Part shown: in pieces, positions 54,296 to 63,413 of the stretch
Layout of the letters: each line of letters starts with the position of its first letter
Position numbering within the stretch: the stretch's first letter is position 1
Assembly (NCBI GenBank): GCA_963710255.1
Contig: CAVPZJ010000004.1
Span: forward strand, 149,279 to 213,278
From: an uncultured Chloroflexia bacterium
GTDB taxonomy: Bacteria > Chloroflexota > Anaerolineae > Anaerolineales > E44-bin32
Reading direction: 5' to 3'
DNA: 64,000 nucleotides
Made by a program: the position numbers and the translations under genes
Notes under the pieces: generated by a model
Databases searched by the model: none
What the model was told of the DNA's origin: nothing
The model's input: only the letters and a program-made list of their open reading frames with translations

Positions 54296-54808
54296 TCAGC
54301 TTGCCTGTTCGTACGCTCGCCTGCCCTCCAGGAGCAGCGAACCCACCTCGTCCGTGGCCTCGAAAATCGAAAGCCGGGCGACGACCGCCCACTCCGCGCA
54401 CAGCGCAGCATGCGCCCTTCGCAGCATGGAGCTAAAGCTGTCGTTCAGGGTCTTCTGCCAGGTGACAGCGCTCAGGTCCCGCACGAGTTCGCAGCGGGCT
54501 TCGAAAGAGGAATCCTTCAGGCGCAGCGCAAGCTCGCTCTGCCGTTGGCGGTAGTCTGCCGCCAGGGGCAGAGGTTCGCTGGTGAGCAGTTTTCGATATT
54601 TGGCGAGCTCACCTTCGGATACCAGGCGGCGCAGACCGCTGGCCGCGTCATCCACCTGCACCCAAACCGTCCCGGTGGGAATCTCGAGCCTGTAATACTG
54701 CCGTTCGGGGCCGGCCCCGAAGGTACGGGCCTCGAGCTTTACGATGCGCACGATCCCGTGCCTTGGGTGAACGGCCTGATCGTCGACCTTGAATGACATG
54801 CTGCCCAT
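54296..54808 (-). CDS. CarD family transcriptional regulator
   Basis: FKVDDQAVHPRHGIVRI...YYRL...GLRRLV...LVRDL...EWAVV CarD pattern. Confidence 0.85.
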   Translation of the reverse strand: MGSMSFKVDDQAVHPRHGIVRIVKLEARTFGAGPERQYYRLEIPTGTVWVQVDDAASGLRRLVSEGELAKYRKLLTSEPLPLAADYRQRQSELALRLKDSSFEARCELVRDLSAVTWQKTLNDSFSSMLRRAHAALCAEWAVVARLSIFEATDEVGSLLLEGRRAYEQAS

Positions 54809-55146
54809 TGCTGCTCCAGGCTGCCGGTTAAGTGGCGCCAATCAAAAAGCCGCCCATCCTATATGAGGATCTGGCGGCAAACGCTGCGCGCGAAACCGAC
54901 TATATGATTTAAGGAATTATACCATGGCGAAGCTGCCCCAGCGCCGATGCCACGCTTCCAGGAACCGGCGGATGGCATCCAGAACCGGCACACGAACACC
55001 TTCGCGAACGATCGATCGCTCCCTCGCAGGATCAGGAGGGCTTCTGGTTTAAGCGGAGTCGCAGGAATGGCCATCCAGTGCTAGAGTTGCTCCGCTTTCG
55101 CAGGCTACTTCATATTTGAAGCGCCGTTCTCGCCGGAGGACATGCC

Positions 55147-56367
55147 ATGGAAAAAGCCGACTACGTCGTCTATCCGTACCGCTGGGTCGTGCTGCTGGCC
55201 TTCATGTTCGTGGTCGCAGTCAACCAGCTGCTGTGGATCACCTTTGCCCCCATCACCGGCGCCGCCGCAACGTACTACGCGGTGGACGATCTGAGCATCG
55301 GGCTGCTCTCGCTGGTATTCATGGTGGTTTACATCCTCGTCTCGATCCCGGCTTCCTGGGCGATTGATACCTGGGGCATCCGGGTGGCGGTGGGCATTGG
55401 GGCGGTCCTCACCGGCGGTTTCGGCCTGCTGCGGGGGCTGTTCGCGGCGGACTACTCGCTCGTGCTGCTGGCACAAATCGGGATCGCCATCGGGCAGCCT
55501 TTTATCCTGAACGCCGTCACGACCGTCGCCGCACGCTGGTTCCCGGTGCGCGAACGGGCGACCGCCTCTGGCCTGGGATCCCTGGCGATGTACCTGGGGA
55601 TTGTCACTGCGCTCTTGCTGACGCCCACGCTCACCCTGCGATCCGACATCCACGGCATGCTGTTGGCTTACGGCATCGTTTCGCTGCTGGCGGCTGTGGT
55701 CTTCTTCGCCTTCGTGCGCGAGCGCCCGCCATCACCGCCCTGTCCACCTGATCTGGAGGCTCGTTCGCTGGTATTCGAAGGGTTGAAGGACTCACTGCGC
55801 AGGCGTGATTTCATCATCCTGCTTTTCGTGTTTTTTGTCGGGCTGGGGGTGTTTAACTCGGTCACGACCTGGATCGAAGACATCGTCCGGCCGCGCGGGT
55901 TTTCAATCCTCCAGGCTGGCAGCATCGGCGGCCTGATGATCGTTGGCGGTATCATCGGTGCGCTCATTCTGCCCATGATCTCCGACCGCTCCGGCAAGCG
56001 GACGCCTTACCTGGTCCTGGGTGTGCTCGGCGCAGTGCTCGGCCTGGCGGGGATCACCTTTGCTGCCAGCTATGCCCTACTCCTGGTTTCAGCCTTCGTG
56101 TTTGGTTTCTTCCTGCTCAGCGCCGGTCCGCTCGGGTTCCAGTACGGGGCCGAGATCACCCATCCAACCCCGGAAGGGACCTCCAACGGTCTGCTGCTGC
56201 TCATGGGTCAGATCTCGGGCATCGCCTTCATCATCGGGTTGGATAGCTTCAAGTCTCCCGCGACGGGTTCGATGACGGCACCCTTGCTGGCCCTCATCGG
56301 CATGCTGGTCGTGGGGCTCCTGCTCAGCACGCGTCTCAAAGAGCCAGAGACGCTGCTGACCGCTTAG
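55147..56367 (+). CDS. MFS transporter (FLVCR/SLC49-like)
   Basis: About 12 TM; YRWVVL, WITFAPI, ARWFPVRERATA and GAEITHP motifs. Confidence 0.9.
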   Translation: MEKADYVVYPYRWVVLLAFMFVVAVNQLLWITFAPITGAAATYYAVDDLSIGLLSLVFMVVYILVSIPASWAIDTWGIRVAVGIGAVLTGGFGLLRGLFAADYSLVLLAQIGIAIGQPFILNAVTTVAARWFPVRERATASGLGSLAMYLGIVTALLLTPTLTLRSDIHGMLLAYGIVSLLAAVVFFAFVRERPPSPPCPPDLEARSLVFEGLKDSLRRRDFIILLFVFFVGLGVFNSVTTWIEDIVRPRGFSILQAGSIGGLMIVGGIIGALILPMISDRSGKRTPYLVLGVLGAVLGLAGITFAASYALLLVSAFVFGFFLLSAGPLGFQYGAEITHPTPEGTSNGLLLLMGQISGIAFIIGLDSFKSPATGSMTAPLLALIGMLVVGLLLSTRLKEPETLLTA

Positions 56368-56384
56368 CTGCCAGGCTTGGGTTC

Positions 56385-57335
56385 GTGAAAAACGAGAGCG
56401 TCGCAACCCCTCAAGCTGCGGCAAAGGTCAAGCGCTGGCAGGATCTCGCCAAGCCATCTGTGGTGGTGCTTGGATGCACGCTTGTTTTGATTATCCTGAC
56501 CGGATGTTCACCTACCCCGGCCCCGGCAGGATCGTCCAATACGCTGCGCACAGATACACCGATGCGGAGTACCCGCGTTCCCAGCAGCGCCATGGGGCCA
56601 TCCGCTGGCGTGGTGCCTCCCCCGGCCCATGCCGCCTGGCAGATCCAGTACAGCGGGGAACTTGAAACCGGGCTGGAGGTGGAGATCTTCAACCTGGACC
56701 TATTCGAGACACCTGCTTCCGTCATCGACGGCCTGCGCCAGGATGGGGTGTATGTCATCTGCTATTTCAGCGCCGGATCCTATGAAGATTGGCGGCCCGA
56801 TGCGGGCAGCTTTTCCGCCGACCTGCTGGGTAAGAACCTCGCAGGTTGGCCGGGTGAAAAGTGGCTTGATGTGACCAGGCTCGAGCCGCTCGCATCCATC
56901 ATGGATACGCGCCTCGATCTGGCGGCCGAGAAGGGTTGTGATGGGGTCGATCCAGATAACGTCAACGGTTATCAAAATGATACTGGCTTCGACATCACCT
57001 CCCAGGATCAGCTTTCCTTCAATCGCTACCTGGCTGAATCGGCCCACGCCCGCGGGTTGGCGATCGGCCTGAAGAACGACATGGAGCAAGCCCACGAACT
57101 GCTTCCGTATTTCGATTGGATCTTGAACGAGGAGTGCTTCTCCTACGGGGAATGCCAGCTCCTGGAGCCCTTCGTCCAGGCCGGCAAACCCGTATTCGTC
57201 ATCGAGTACGAGCTTCCACCCGAGGCATTTTGCCGCCAGGCCAACCAGCTGGGATTCAACGCCCTGCAGAAAAACCTGGAGTTGGATGCGTATTTCGTCG
57301 ATTGCCGGACGATAGACACGGTCCAAGAACCGTAG
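56385..57335 (+). CDS. Endo-alpha-1,4-polygalactosaminidase-like (GH114) lipoprotein
   Basis: WQIQY, ICYFSAGSYEDWRPD, GCDGVDPDN, GLKND, NEEC and KPVFVIEY motifs; LTGC lipobox. Confidence 0.88.
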   Translation: MKNESVATPQAAAKVKRWQDLAKPSVVVLGCTLVLIILTGCSPTPAPAGSSNTLRTDTPMRSTRVPSSAMGPSAGVVPPPAHAAWQIQYSGELETGLEVEIFNLDLFETPASVIDGLRQDGVYVICYFSAGSYEDWRPDAGSFSADLLGKNLAGWPGEKWLDVTRLEPLASIMDTRLDLAAEKGCDGVDPDNVNGYQNDTGFDITSQDQLSFNRYLAESAHARGLAIGLKNDMEQAHELLPYFDWILNEECFSYGECQLLEPFVQAGKPVFVIEYELPPEAFCRQANQLGFNALQKNLELDAYFVDCRTIDTVQEP

Positions 57336-57651
57336 GGGCCGACCTGTGTGTCGGCCCGCATGTAGGATGGTCCGGGCGCACACACGGGTGCGCCCCTACG
57401 CTTGCCTTCGCATCCGGCATGATCCGGGTCATATGTCGTAGGGGCCGACCTGTGTGTCGGCCCGCATTTTCGACGATCCGGGCGCACACACGGGTGCGCC
57501 CCTACGTTTGCCTTCGCATCCGGCAGGGCCCGGGTCATATACCGTCGGGGCCGACCTGTGTGTCGGCCCGCATTTTCGACGATCCGGGCGCACACACGGG
57601 TGCGCCCCTACATTGCCTCCAAATCCAGGGCGGGGTGACCCCGCCCCTACG
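57331..57651. repeat. Array of GTAG-type REP elements (BIME-like), three 106-bp units plus one extra REP
   Basis: Units start at 57331, 57437 and 57543. Each has CGTAGGGGCCGACCTGTGTGTCGGCCC (A>C in unit 3) and an inverted partner GGGCGCACACACGGGTGCGCCCCTAC. The array ends with GGGCGGGGTGACCCCGCCCCTACG. Confidence 0.9.
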
Positions 57652-57713
57652 CGGAGGCTTGTGATCATTTGCGCAATCTGGGTATCGGTCTACAATCCAT
57701 GGATCGCCGCATA

Positions 57714-58184
57714 ATGGGGAAGGATAAGCTCATGACCGTATACATCGTGCTGCTCGCAATCGGTTTGATCTCATCCGTGTTGCTGGGGCGTATGATCCTG
57801 CTCGGCCGAAAGAGCAGCGGCTGGCCCAGCACAGGGGGCACCATCCTCCAGTCAGCCATCGACAGCTTCCAGAGCGTCGATGACGATGGAATGAGCTCCA
57901 CCACCTATGGCCTCAGGCTGCAGTATGCCTACAGCGTAGGCGGGCAGGCGTACGAAGGATCTAGGCGAACTTTTGCCGAAACCCGCACGAGTTCCTTCCG
58001 CCAGATGGAAAAACTGCTCGAGCGTTTCCCGCAGGGTGGGGCGGTGACCGTGTTTTTCGACCCGGATGACCCCGGCTCCTGCGTGCTCGAGCCCGGCGTG
58101 GGGACGTACATGTACTTTGTCCTGGCCTTCACCGTGATCCTGGCGCTGGCTGGTGCGGCCGGCTTGCTGGGTTTGTTCGGTTAG
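57714..58184 (+). CDS. DUF3592 domain membrane protein
   Basis: TM, WPSTGGTI, YAYSVGGQAY, VTVFFDPDDP..VLE, then a second TM. Confidence 0.8.
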   Translation: MGKDKLMTVYIVLLAIGLISSVLLGRMILLGRKSSGWPSTGGTILQSAIDSFQSVDDDGMSSTTYGLRLQYAYSVGGQAYEGSRRTFAETRTSSFRQMEKLLERFPQGGAVTVFFDPDDPGSCVLEPGVGTYMYFVLAFTVILALAGAAGLLGLFG

Positions 58185-58215
58185 AATTACGGCCAGCCGA
58201 TACGTGTGACGACAG

Positions 58216-58247
58216 AGGGCCTCCCGCCAGGGAGGCCCTTTTTATTT
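58216..58247 (+). terminator. Intrinsic terminator
   Basis: AGGGCCTCCC-gcca-GGGAGGCCCT followed by TTTTATTT. Confidence 0.85.
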
Positions 58248-58309
58248 CGACCCGGGTCACGCCATGCTCCTTCCGCATCTCTGCCGGCATGGGGCGCGGC
58301 GCGTGGGAC

Positions 58310-59290
58310 CTATTCTACAGACGCGGCGCAGCGGAAACCGAAGGCGTAGATGGTTTGATCGGGGTCCATCGGGTAGCGGTGGGCTGAGCGCACATCGCGC
58401 GTGAAGTTCGCCGCAAATGAGCCCCCGCGCAGCACGCGCTGCGTGCCCTGCTCGGGTCCGGCGGGGTTGGCCTGCGGGGACCCTTCGTAATAGTCCGCTG
58501 CATACCAATCGGCGACCCATTCCCAGACGTTGCCGGCCATGTCCAGGGCGCCGTAGGGGCTTGCGCCGGCCGGCCGGCTGCCGACCGGGGCGGTATCGCG
58601 CAATGGCTCACAACCCGCATAGTGTGCCCGCGCGCAGCTTTCCGAGATGTCGCCAAAATCGGCCAGCATCGCCGACGCCAGGGGTTCATCCCCCCACGGA
58701 TAGTATTGGCCATCGGTGCCGCGTGCGGCTTTTTCCCATTCAGCTTCAGAAGGCAGCCTGCGTCCGGCCCACCGGCAGTAGGCGTCCGCCTGGGCCCAAT
58801 CGACCCAGACCACGGGATAGGCATCAAATGTAGGATTGCCGTAATACGCAGCACGCGTATTTGCCGATCCCGTGCGGGGAGGGGTGCAGGCCCCTTGCGC
58901 GACGCAGCGCGCATACATGGCGTTGGTCACTTCGGTCTGATCGATCCAGAACGCATCGAGGTAAACGGTGTGCTGGGGGCGCTCATGGGGGAACACATCG
59001 GGATCCCCATCCGGGCTGCCCATCAGGAACGTCCCTTCCGGCACATAGACCTGGGTCATGCCGTCCGCTTCCGCCTGCTGTTTGCTCCCTGCACCCAGGG
59101 TGGGGGAGGGGATCGCGGTTGGGGAGGGCTGGATTGTCGGGGAAGCCGGAGGCATTTCCGTATCGGGGGTGAGGCTGGCGACGGTCGCCTGGATGGCCGC
59201 CTGGACGGTGCTCTCGAGATTTGGCGTCGGCGGGGCGGGGGCACAACCGGCAAGGATCACGAACATGAAGCAAAGGATGACAACTCGCAT
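58310..59290 (-). CDS. Formylglycine-generating-enzyme (SUMF1/EgtB/PvdO) domain lipoprotein
   Basis: Lipobox LAGC, Pro/Thr linker, FLMGS, TEVTN, RLPSEAEWEKAARG, DMAGNVWEW, RGGSF and GFRCA motifs. Confidence 0.92.
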   Translation of the reverse strand: MRVVILCFMFVILAGCAPAPPTPNLESTVQAAIQATVASLTPDTEMPPASPTIQPSPTAIPSPTLGAGSKQQAEADGMTQVYVPEGTFLMGSPDGDPDVFPHERPQHTVYLDAFWIDQTEVTNAMYARCVAQGACTPPRTGSANTRAAYYGNPTFDAYPVVWVDWAQADAYCRWAGRRLPSEAEWEKAARGTDGQYYPWGDEPLASAMLADFGDISESCARAHYAGCEPLRDTAPVGSRPAGASPYGALDMAGNVWEWVADWYAADYYEGSPQANPAGPEQGTQRVLRGGSFAANFTRDVRSAHRYPMDPDQTIYAFGFRCAASVE

Positions 59291-59417
59291 TTAGCCTCCC
59301 ATGTACCTGCTGCCCTGGCTGGTCCAGACCATCAAGGAGTCCCACAAGGTATTGTGCTCAACGGGCTTTGTTGAGCTGGTCAAGCCTGATGCCATTGTGG
59401 GGGAATCCAGCTCCCTG

Positions 59418-59897
59418 TCAATCGCCATGCAGGTCGCGCAGCAGCCAATCGCGAACGAACTGGTACCACATGTACAACGCCAGGCCGTCGAGCAGGATCG
59501 CCCCGGGTGCGAAGCAAATCCGCCCGGAGAGTTCCGAGGCAGGGCCTGAGCGTGAGATGAAGGGCAGGCTGATCGTGCTGGTGAACTGGCGCTCGCCCGG
59601 TCCGAACGAGACCCAGGTGACGACGACCCCGAAGGCCGTGAGCAGGAGCGCCCGGACCAGCGCGGAGAAATGTGGGTACCCCTGGCCGAGGATGGCGAGG
59701 CCGCCGAGGGAAAACGTGCCGCCGGCCAGCCCGACCACCCAGCGCGGGGCGTGGAAGCCGGCCTCGCTGCCCCAGATGGCGATCCCGACGTAGACCAGCC
59801 CGATGACGCTCACGAACAGGCCGAAGACGATGGGATTGTCCTTCTCTCCGTTGTTATCGTTCCCCACTTCAACCTCCCGTAGTGCAGGGTCCATCAT
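59418..59897 (-). CDS. Hypothetical 4-TM membrane protein
   Basis: Hydrophobic segments; HAPRWV and FGPGERQF motifs. Confidence 0.7.
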   Translation of the reverse strand: MMDPALREVEVGNDNNGEKDNPIVFGLFVSVIGLVYVGIAIWGSEAGFHAPRWVVGLAGGTFSLGGLAILGQGYPHFSALVRALLLTAFGVVVTWVSFGPGERQFTSTISLPFISRSGPASELSGRICFAPGAILLDGLALYMWYQFVRDWLLRDLHGD

Positions 59898-60077
59898 CCA
59901 TGGAGTTTACACTATTGATCGAAGAAAATTGGCAGATCGCCGCCCGCCATCCTTTGTCACAGTCGAGCAGCAGATCCTGTGCGTATATAGGAAGGTTTAA
60001 AGGAATTCCCCCACAAACCAGTCATCAACGCACTACCGGCTGCGGGGGAAGGATGTTAACGATTGCGAGTTCCGACC

Positions 60078-60674
60078 TTAGGGCGCCTTGGTCATCGTGA
60101 AGGTGCCTTCGGCCACGCCTTCCCCATCGAAAAAGACCGTGTAGGTCCCTTCGGCCGAGGTCTCGGTGAAGGTGCCGGTGGCCTCGACCCGGGCGATGCC
60201 GGTCGTCGGGATCACGTCGCCGGCCATCTCGAAGGTTCCATCCGGGTGCATCGTCACGGTGACATCGCCGAAGATGGCGTCGCCGGGCATGTCGATCGTG
60301 ACCCCCATCGCGTCGTAGGTCGCATCGAAGGTCACCGCCGGCGGGTCGATGGCGCCAAAGACGAAGCCACCGGCATCGAAGGTGAACGAAGCCGTGCCGT
60401 CCGGATTAAAGTTCGACCTCGGCCTCGATCGGGCCGGTCGAGCCGAACGTCGTGTTCGTCCAGCTTCCGCTCCATGCGCCCGACCATGCCGCGAACGTGT
60501 CGTAGCCGGTGTCGGTCGTGGCGGTGGGTTCCGGGACGGGGGTGTCCGTCGCGGCCGGCGCCGCATCCTGCTGCTCCGGGGGCGCACTTTCCTCCGTCGC
60601 TGGCGCACCGCCGCAGGCAGCCAGGACGAACGCCAGCCCTGCAACGGCGCATACCTTGTGGAAATAAACTTCAT
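60078..60674 (-). CDS. Hypothetical lipoprotein (two compensating frameshifts)
   Basis: GGAGGAG RBS before MKFIS. An alternate frame gives LAFVLAACGAP, a Pro/Thr linker and WSGSWTNTTFGS, rejoining a beta-rich C-terminal domain. Confidence 0.7.
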   Translation of the reverse strand: MKFISTRYAPLQGWRSSWLPAAVRQRRRKVRPRSSRMRRRPRRTPPSRNPPPRPTPATTRSRHGRAHGAEAGRTRRSARPARSRPRSNFNPDGTASFTFDAGGFVFGAIDPPAVTFDATYDAMGVTIDMPGDAIFGDVTVTMHPDGTFEMAGDVIPTTGIARVEATGTFTETSAEGTYTVFFDGEGVAEGTFTMTKAP

Positions 60675-60726
60675 CTTCTCCTCCTTCATTGAAAATTGGC
60701 TGGAAGCTGCGAGCCAGAACTGGCCA

Positions 60727-60755
60727 ATAGTAGGAAATCAGACAAAAGTTGTCAA
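60727..60755 (-). promoter_or_regulatory. Putative sigma70 promoter
   Basis: Minus strand TTGACA-N17-TACTAT, about 50 bp upstream of the lipoprotein start. Confidence 0.7.
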
Positions 60756-61012
60756 GGTTACCTTATCATCATCCAGCTCAAACCACACAATTCATCAATC
60801 TGTGCATCTACAAGTTTTATTTGCCCGTCGCGGGCAGGTAGGCAAGGTTGTAAATCGGACAAGATTGATCTACTATTGGCAAACTTTCCATCGGTGAATA
60901 TCTCCAAGTTGCTTGATGAACGCTTAAGCGAACGACGAAGCTACTCCTGCATGGACTGGATAATAGTCACTCTCTTCGGGAAGCCGGGATCTGAAATGTG
61001 GGACCGAAATCC

Positions 61013-61039
61013 TGTCACAAAAGCAGCTCCCTGTCCGTT
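61013..61039 (+). promoter_or_regulatory. Putative ECF sigma promoter TGTCACA-N16-CGTT (copy 3)
   Basis: TGTCACA aaagcagctccctgtc CGTT, about 95 bp upstream of ATG 61135. Confidence 0.7.
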
Positions 61040-61134
61040 CTAGCTACAAATAGGATAAATAAAATCAGCATAGTAGGATATCGGAACCCTTGCATAGGAT
61101 TTCCTGAAGTTATCCGTAAGGAGGAAACAGGCTT

Positions 61135-63413
61135 ATGAACAGGAGATGGTTGTATTTTGTTCTAGCTGTGGTTGTCGTGGCCGTCGCCGGAGTGCTTGGC
61201 GTCCGGTCTTTCCGGGCTTTCAGCGACCTCGAAGGACGATATGGGTCCTTCTCGCGCTTGCATGTCTGGTTTGAGGATCCCAGCCCGGGGAGCCAGTTGC
61301 CCGTCGGTTCCTTTACACCGATTCAGGCCAAGGCCGAAGGCCCGTTGGGGATCGTTGCACTTGAGCTGTGGGAAGGCGACCAGCTGATCGATGTGCTGCA
61401 AGTCCCTGATGGAATGAGTGAGCAACCCTTCTGGGCAAACTTTTCGTGGCTCCCGGAAACACTGGGCATACACTACCTGACTGCTCGAGTGGTCGATGAA
61501 GATGGAAACAGCTCGACCTCGGCGTTGCTCATACTCGATATCGTACCTGAGGAAAGCCTGTCCGATGAGCAGATCAATATGGCCTACAACGCTCCTGGCA
61601 TCCCGGTGCACTCGGTAGACGCAGGTGGTCCTGCACCTGACGGTGGCGGTGTCCCATATTCCGCTCCTTCACCCCCACAAAAAGTAGCGGATGAGAATGG
61701 AGAAGATCAAGAAGCGCAGCCGTGGTCTCCCTCCATCATTAAGTGGCTGGGAAGCTTCTTCCCGTTGGCGAACAAACCGGCAGCCCCTGGAATTGTCGCT
61801 GCGGTGGAAAGTTGTCGACCACGGCTGTTCATCAGTGATCACTCTGACAACGAAGACGGTTTCCTCGTCTACCGGTTGGATCCTGGTAATGCTAGCTTTC
61901 TGCAAGTCGCCAGCCTGGCGGCATACCCCGGTCCCACCTTTACATTCAAAGATGAGGATCTCTACGGAACGTATCAATACTATGTGGCTGCGTTCAACGG
62001 CGCCGGAGAAGCGAGCAGCAACATCGTCACGGTAGAAGTCCTGTCGGAGAATTGCCGGCCGGAACCCGAATCTGGTCTAACCATCAAGCTGACCGACCTG
62101 CTTTCCGCCTCCAGTTACGACATGGGCTACTGCTACTACAGCCTGGATGGCATGCACTGGCAGCGACATCCGCAAGGCAAACAGGATTTCTTTTACCCGA
62201 TGAACAACGGGCAGGATGGAAACGCCCTTGTAATCGGCCAGATCGTTGAGCATGGTGGAGCGACGCCCTTCGATCTCGACTGCTGGGGGTGGCGCGATGG
62301 CGGGCTTAGCCGCTTGGGTACATGGCACTATGACGATCTGAACGACGGTGCCTTCCAACCCGCGGATTCCAGCACCGATTTCCCCGGTGAATTCCAACCA
62401 ATCGACACCAGCAAGGATATCGCCGTGGGCCGGTCGGCCCCCAGCTCTTCAAGCTCCGCTGGGATTACGCAATTCCTCAGCTGCAGGCATGGGTGGCGAA
62501 AGGACCACAGCAGTGCGCGGCTTGGAGCAACATCCCTAACCCACTCATCCTGGGCTTGATTTGCGGAGATATCGCAGAGGAGTTGGATATGATCGTCTGG
62601 GCTGTTCAGGATGGATGCCCGGCGCAGGGGATCGATCCCGATGCAACCTGTTACGACGCGGAGGACATCGATTACTTCAACGTCTATGACACGATGCATG
62701 ATGGCGGCGAAACCCCGATCCAGACCGTCAAGGCGCCGGCAACGCTCTACTTCCTCTTTGATCCGAACAGCTGTGCGCCAAGGACGATCTTCGTGTCTGC
62801 CGTCGTGAAAGTAGACGGCGAGCCGCACGAGTTGTTTTTCAGCAACGAGGTCTACTACCCGGGCAACCCACTTTGCCCTGTGCTGTTGGGGACCGAACCT
62901 CAAAACTTCCGCATCACCTGGGATACGGTCGATTTCTCTGTCGGCAACATCGACGACGGCGTGGATACCGAGGATGATGTTGAAGCGTATGGCTACATGG
63001 GTGCCTGGAACTATGGGACGGTCCCGTTGAGCTGGACCCTGCAGTTCTACCCGGAGTTTGAGGACGATGCTGATGACAACCCGTACAATTTCGCCAGCAT
63101 CTTTCTTTGCAAAGGGTTAGGGCCAAAGACACACTGCAACATCAAGGAAGATTTCGCCCTCCTCCTTGTAAACAACAATACCGGCGACTTTTCCCTGCTG
63201 CTGGGCGAACATGCGGATTGGCATGTCAGTTGGTTCGATAAGGATCCAGACTCAGCGGATGAGGTGATATGTTCGCTCGATCCATACGTCGACGATATGC
63301 AGTTCTACGCAGATCATATCTTTTCCCCTGGCGAGACACAGACCTTCACTCGCACGAAGCATCACAACAGCGCCTCCTGCCGGGTGACATTCCATATCGA
63401 GGCGCTGCCATGA
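61135..63413 (+). CDS. Large membrane-anchored Cys-rich surface protein with Ig-like/FN3-like domains (frameshift near 62430-62500)
   Basis: AAGGAGG RBS, N-terminal TM, Ig-like (HYLTARVVDEDG), DHSDNEDGFLVYR...YQYYVAAFNGAGE; ORFs 61135-62559 and 62493-63413 overlap. Confidence 0.7.

Noticed and set aside
57331-57651. Possible CRISPR array, or repeat-protein ORFs (57116-57664, 57143-57595 and others)
   Set aside because: The sequences between palindromes are nearly identical rather than unique spacers and there are no cas genes; the ORFs are by-products of the REP repeats
58310-59290. FGE/C-type-lectin-fold gene as a diversity-generating retroelement target, or as a true formylglycine-generating enzyme
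   Set aside because: No template repeat copy of its 3' end and no reverse transcriptase in the window; the catalytic Cys pair after RGGSF is absent
59954-59985. Fourth TGTCACA heptamer
   Set aside because: No CGTT/CGTC at 16-nt spacing, and it points toward the 3' end of an opposite-strand gene
60870-61030. Possible c-di-GMP-I riboswitch (GGCAAAC seed) in the AT-rich divergent region
   Set aside because: The following GAAA-loop stem and GACGCAAAGC elements are missing
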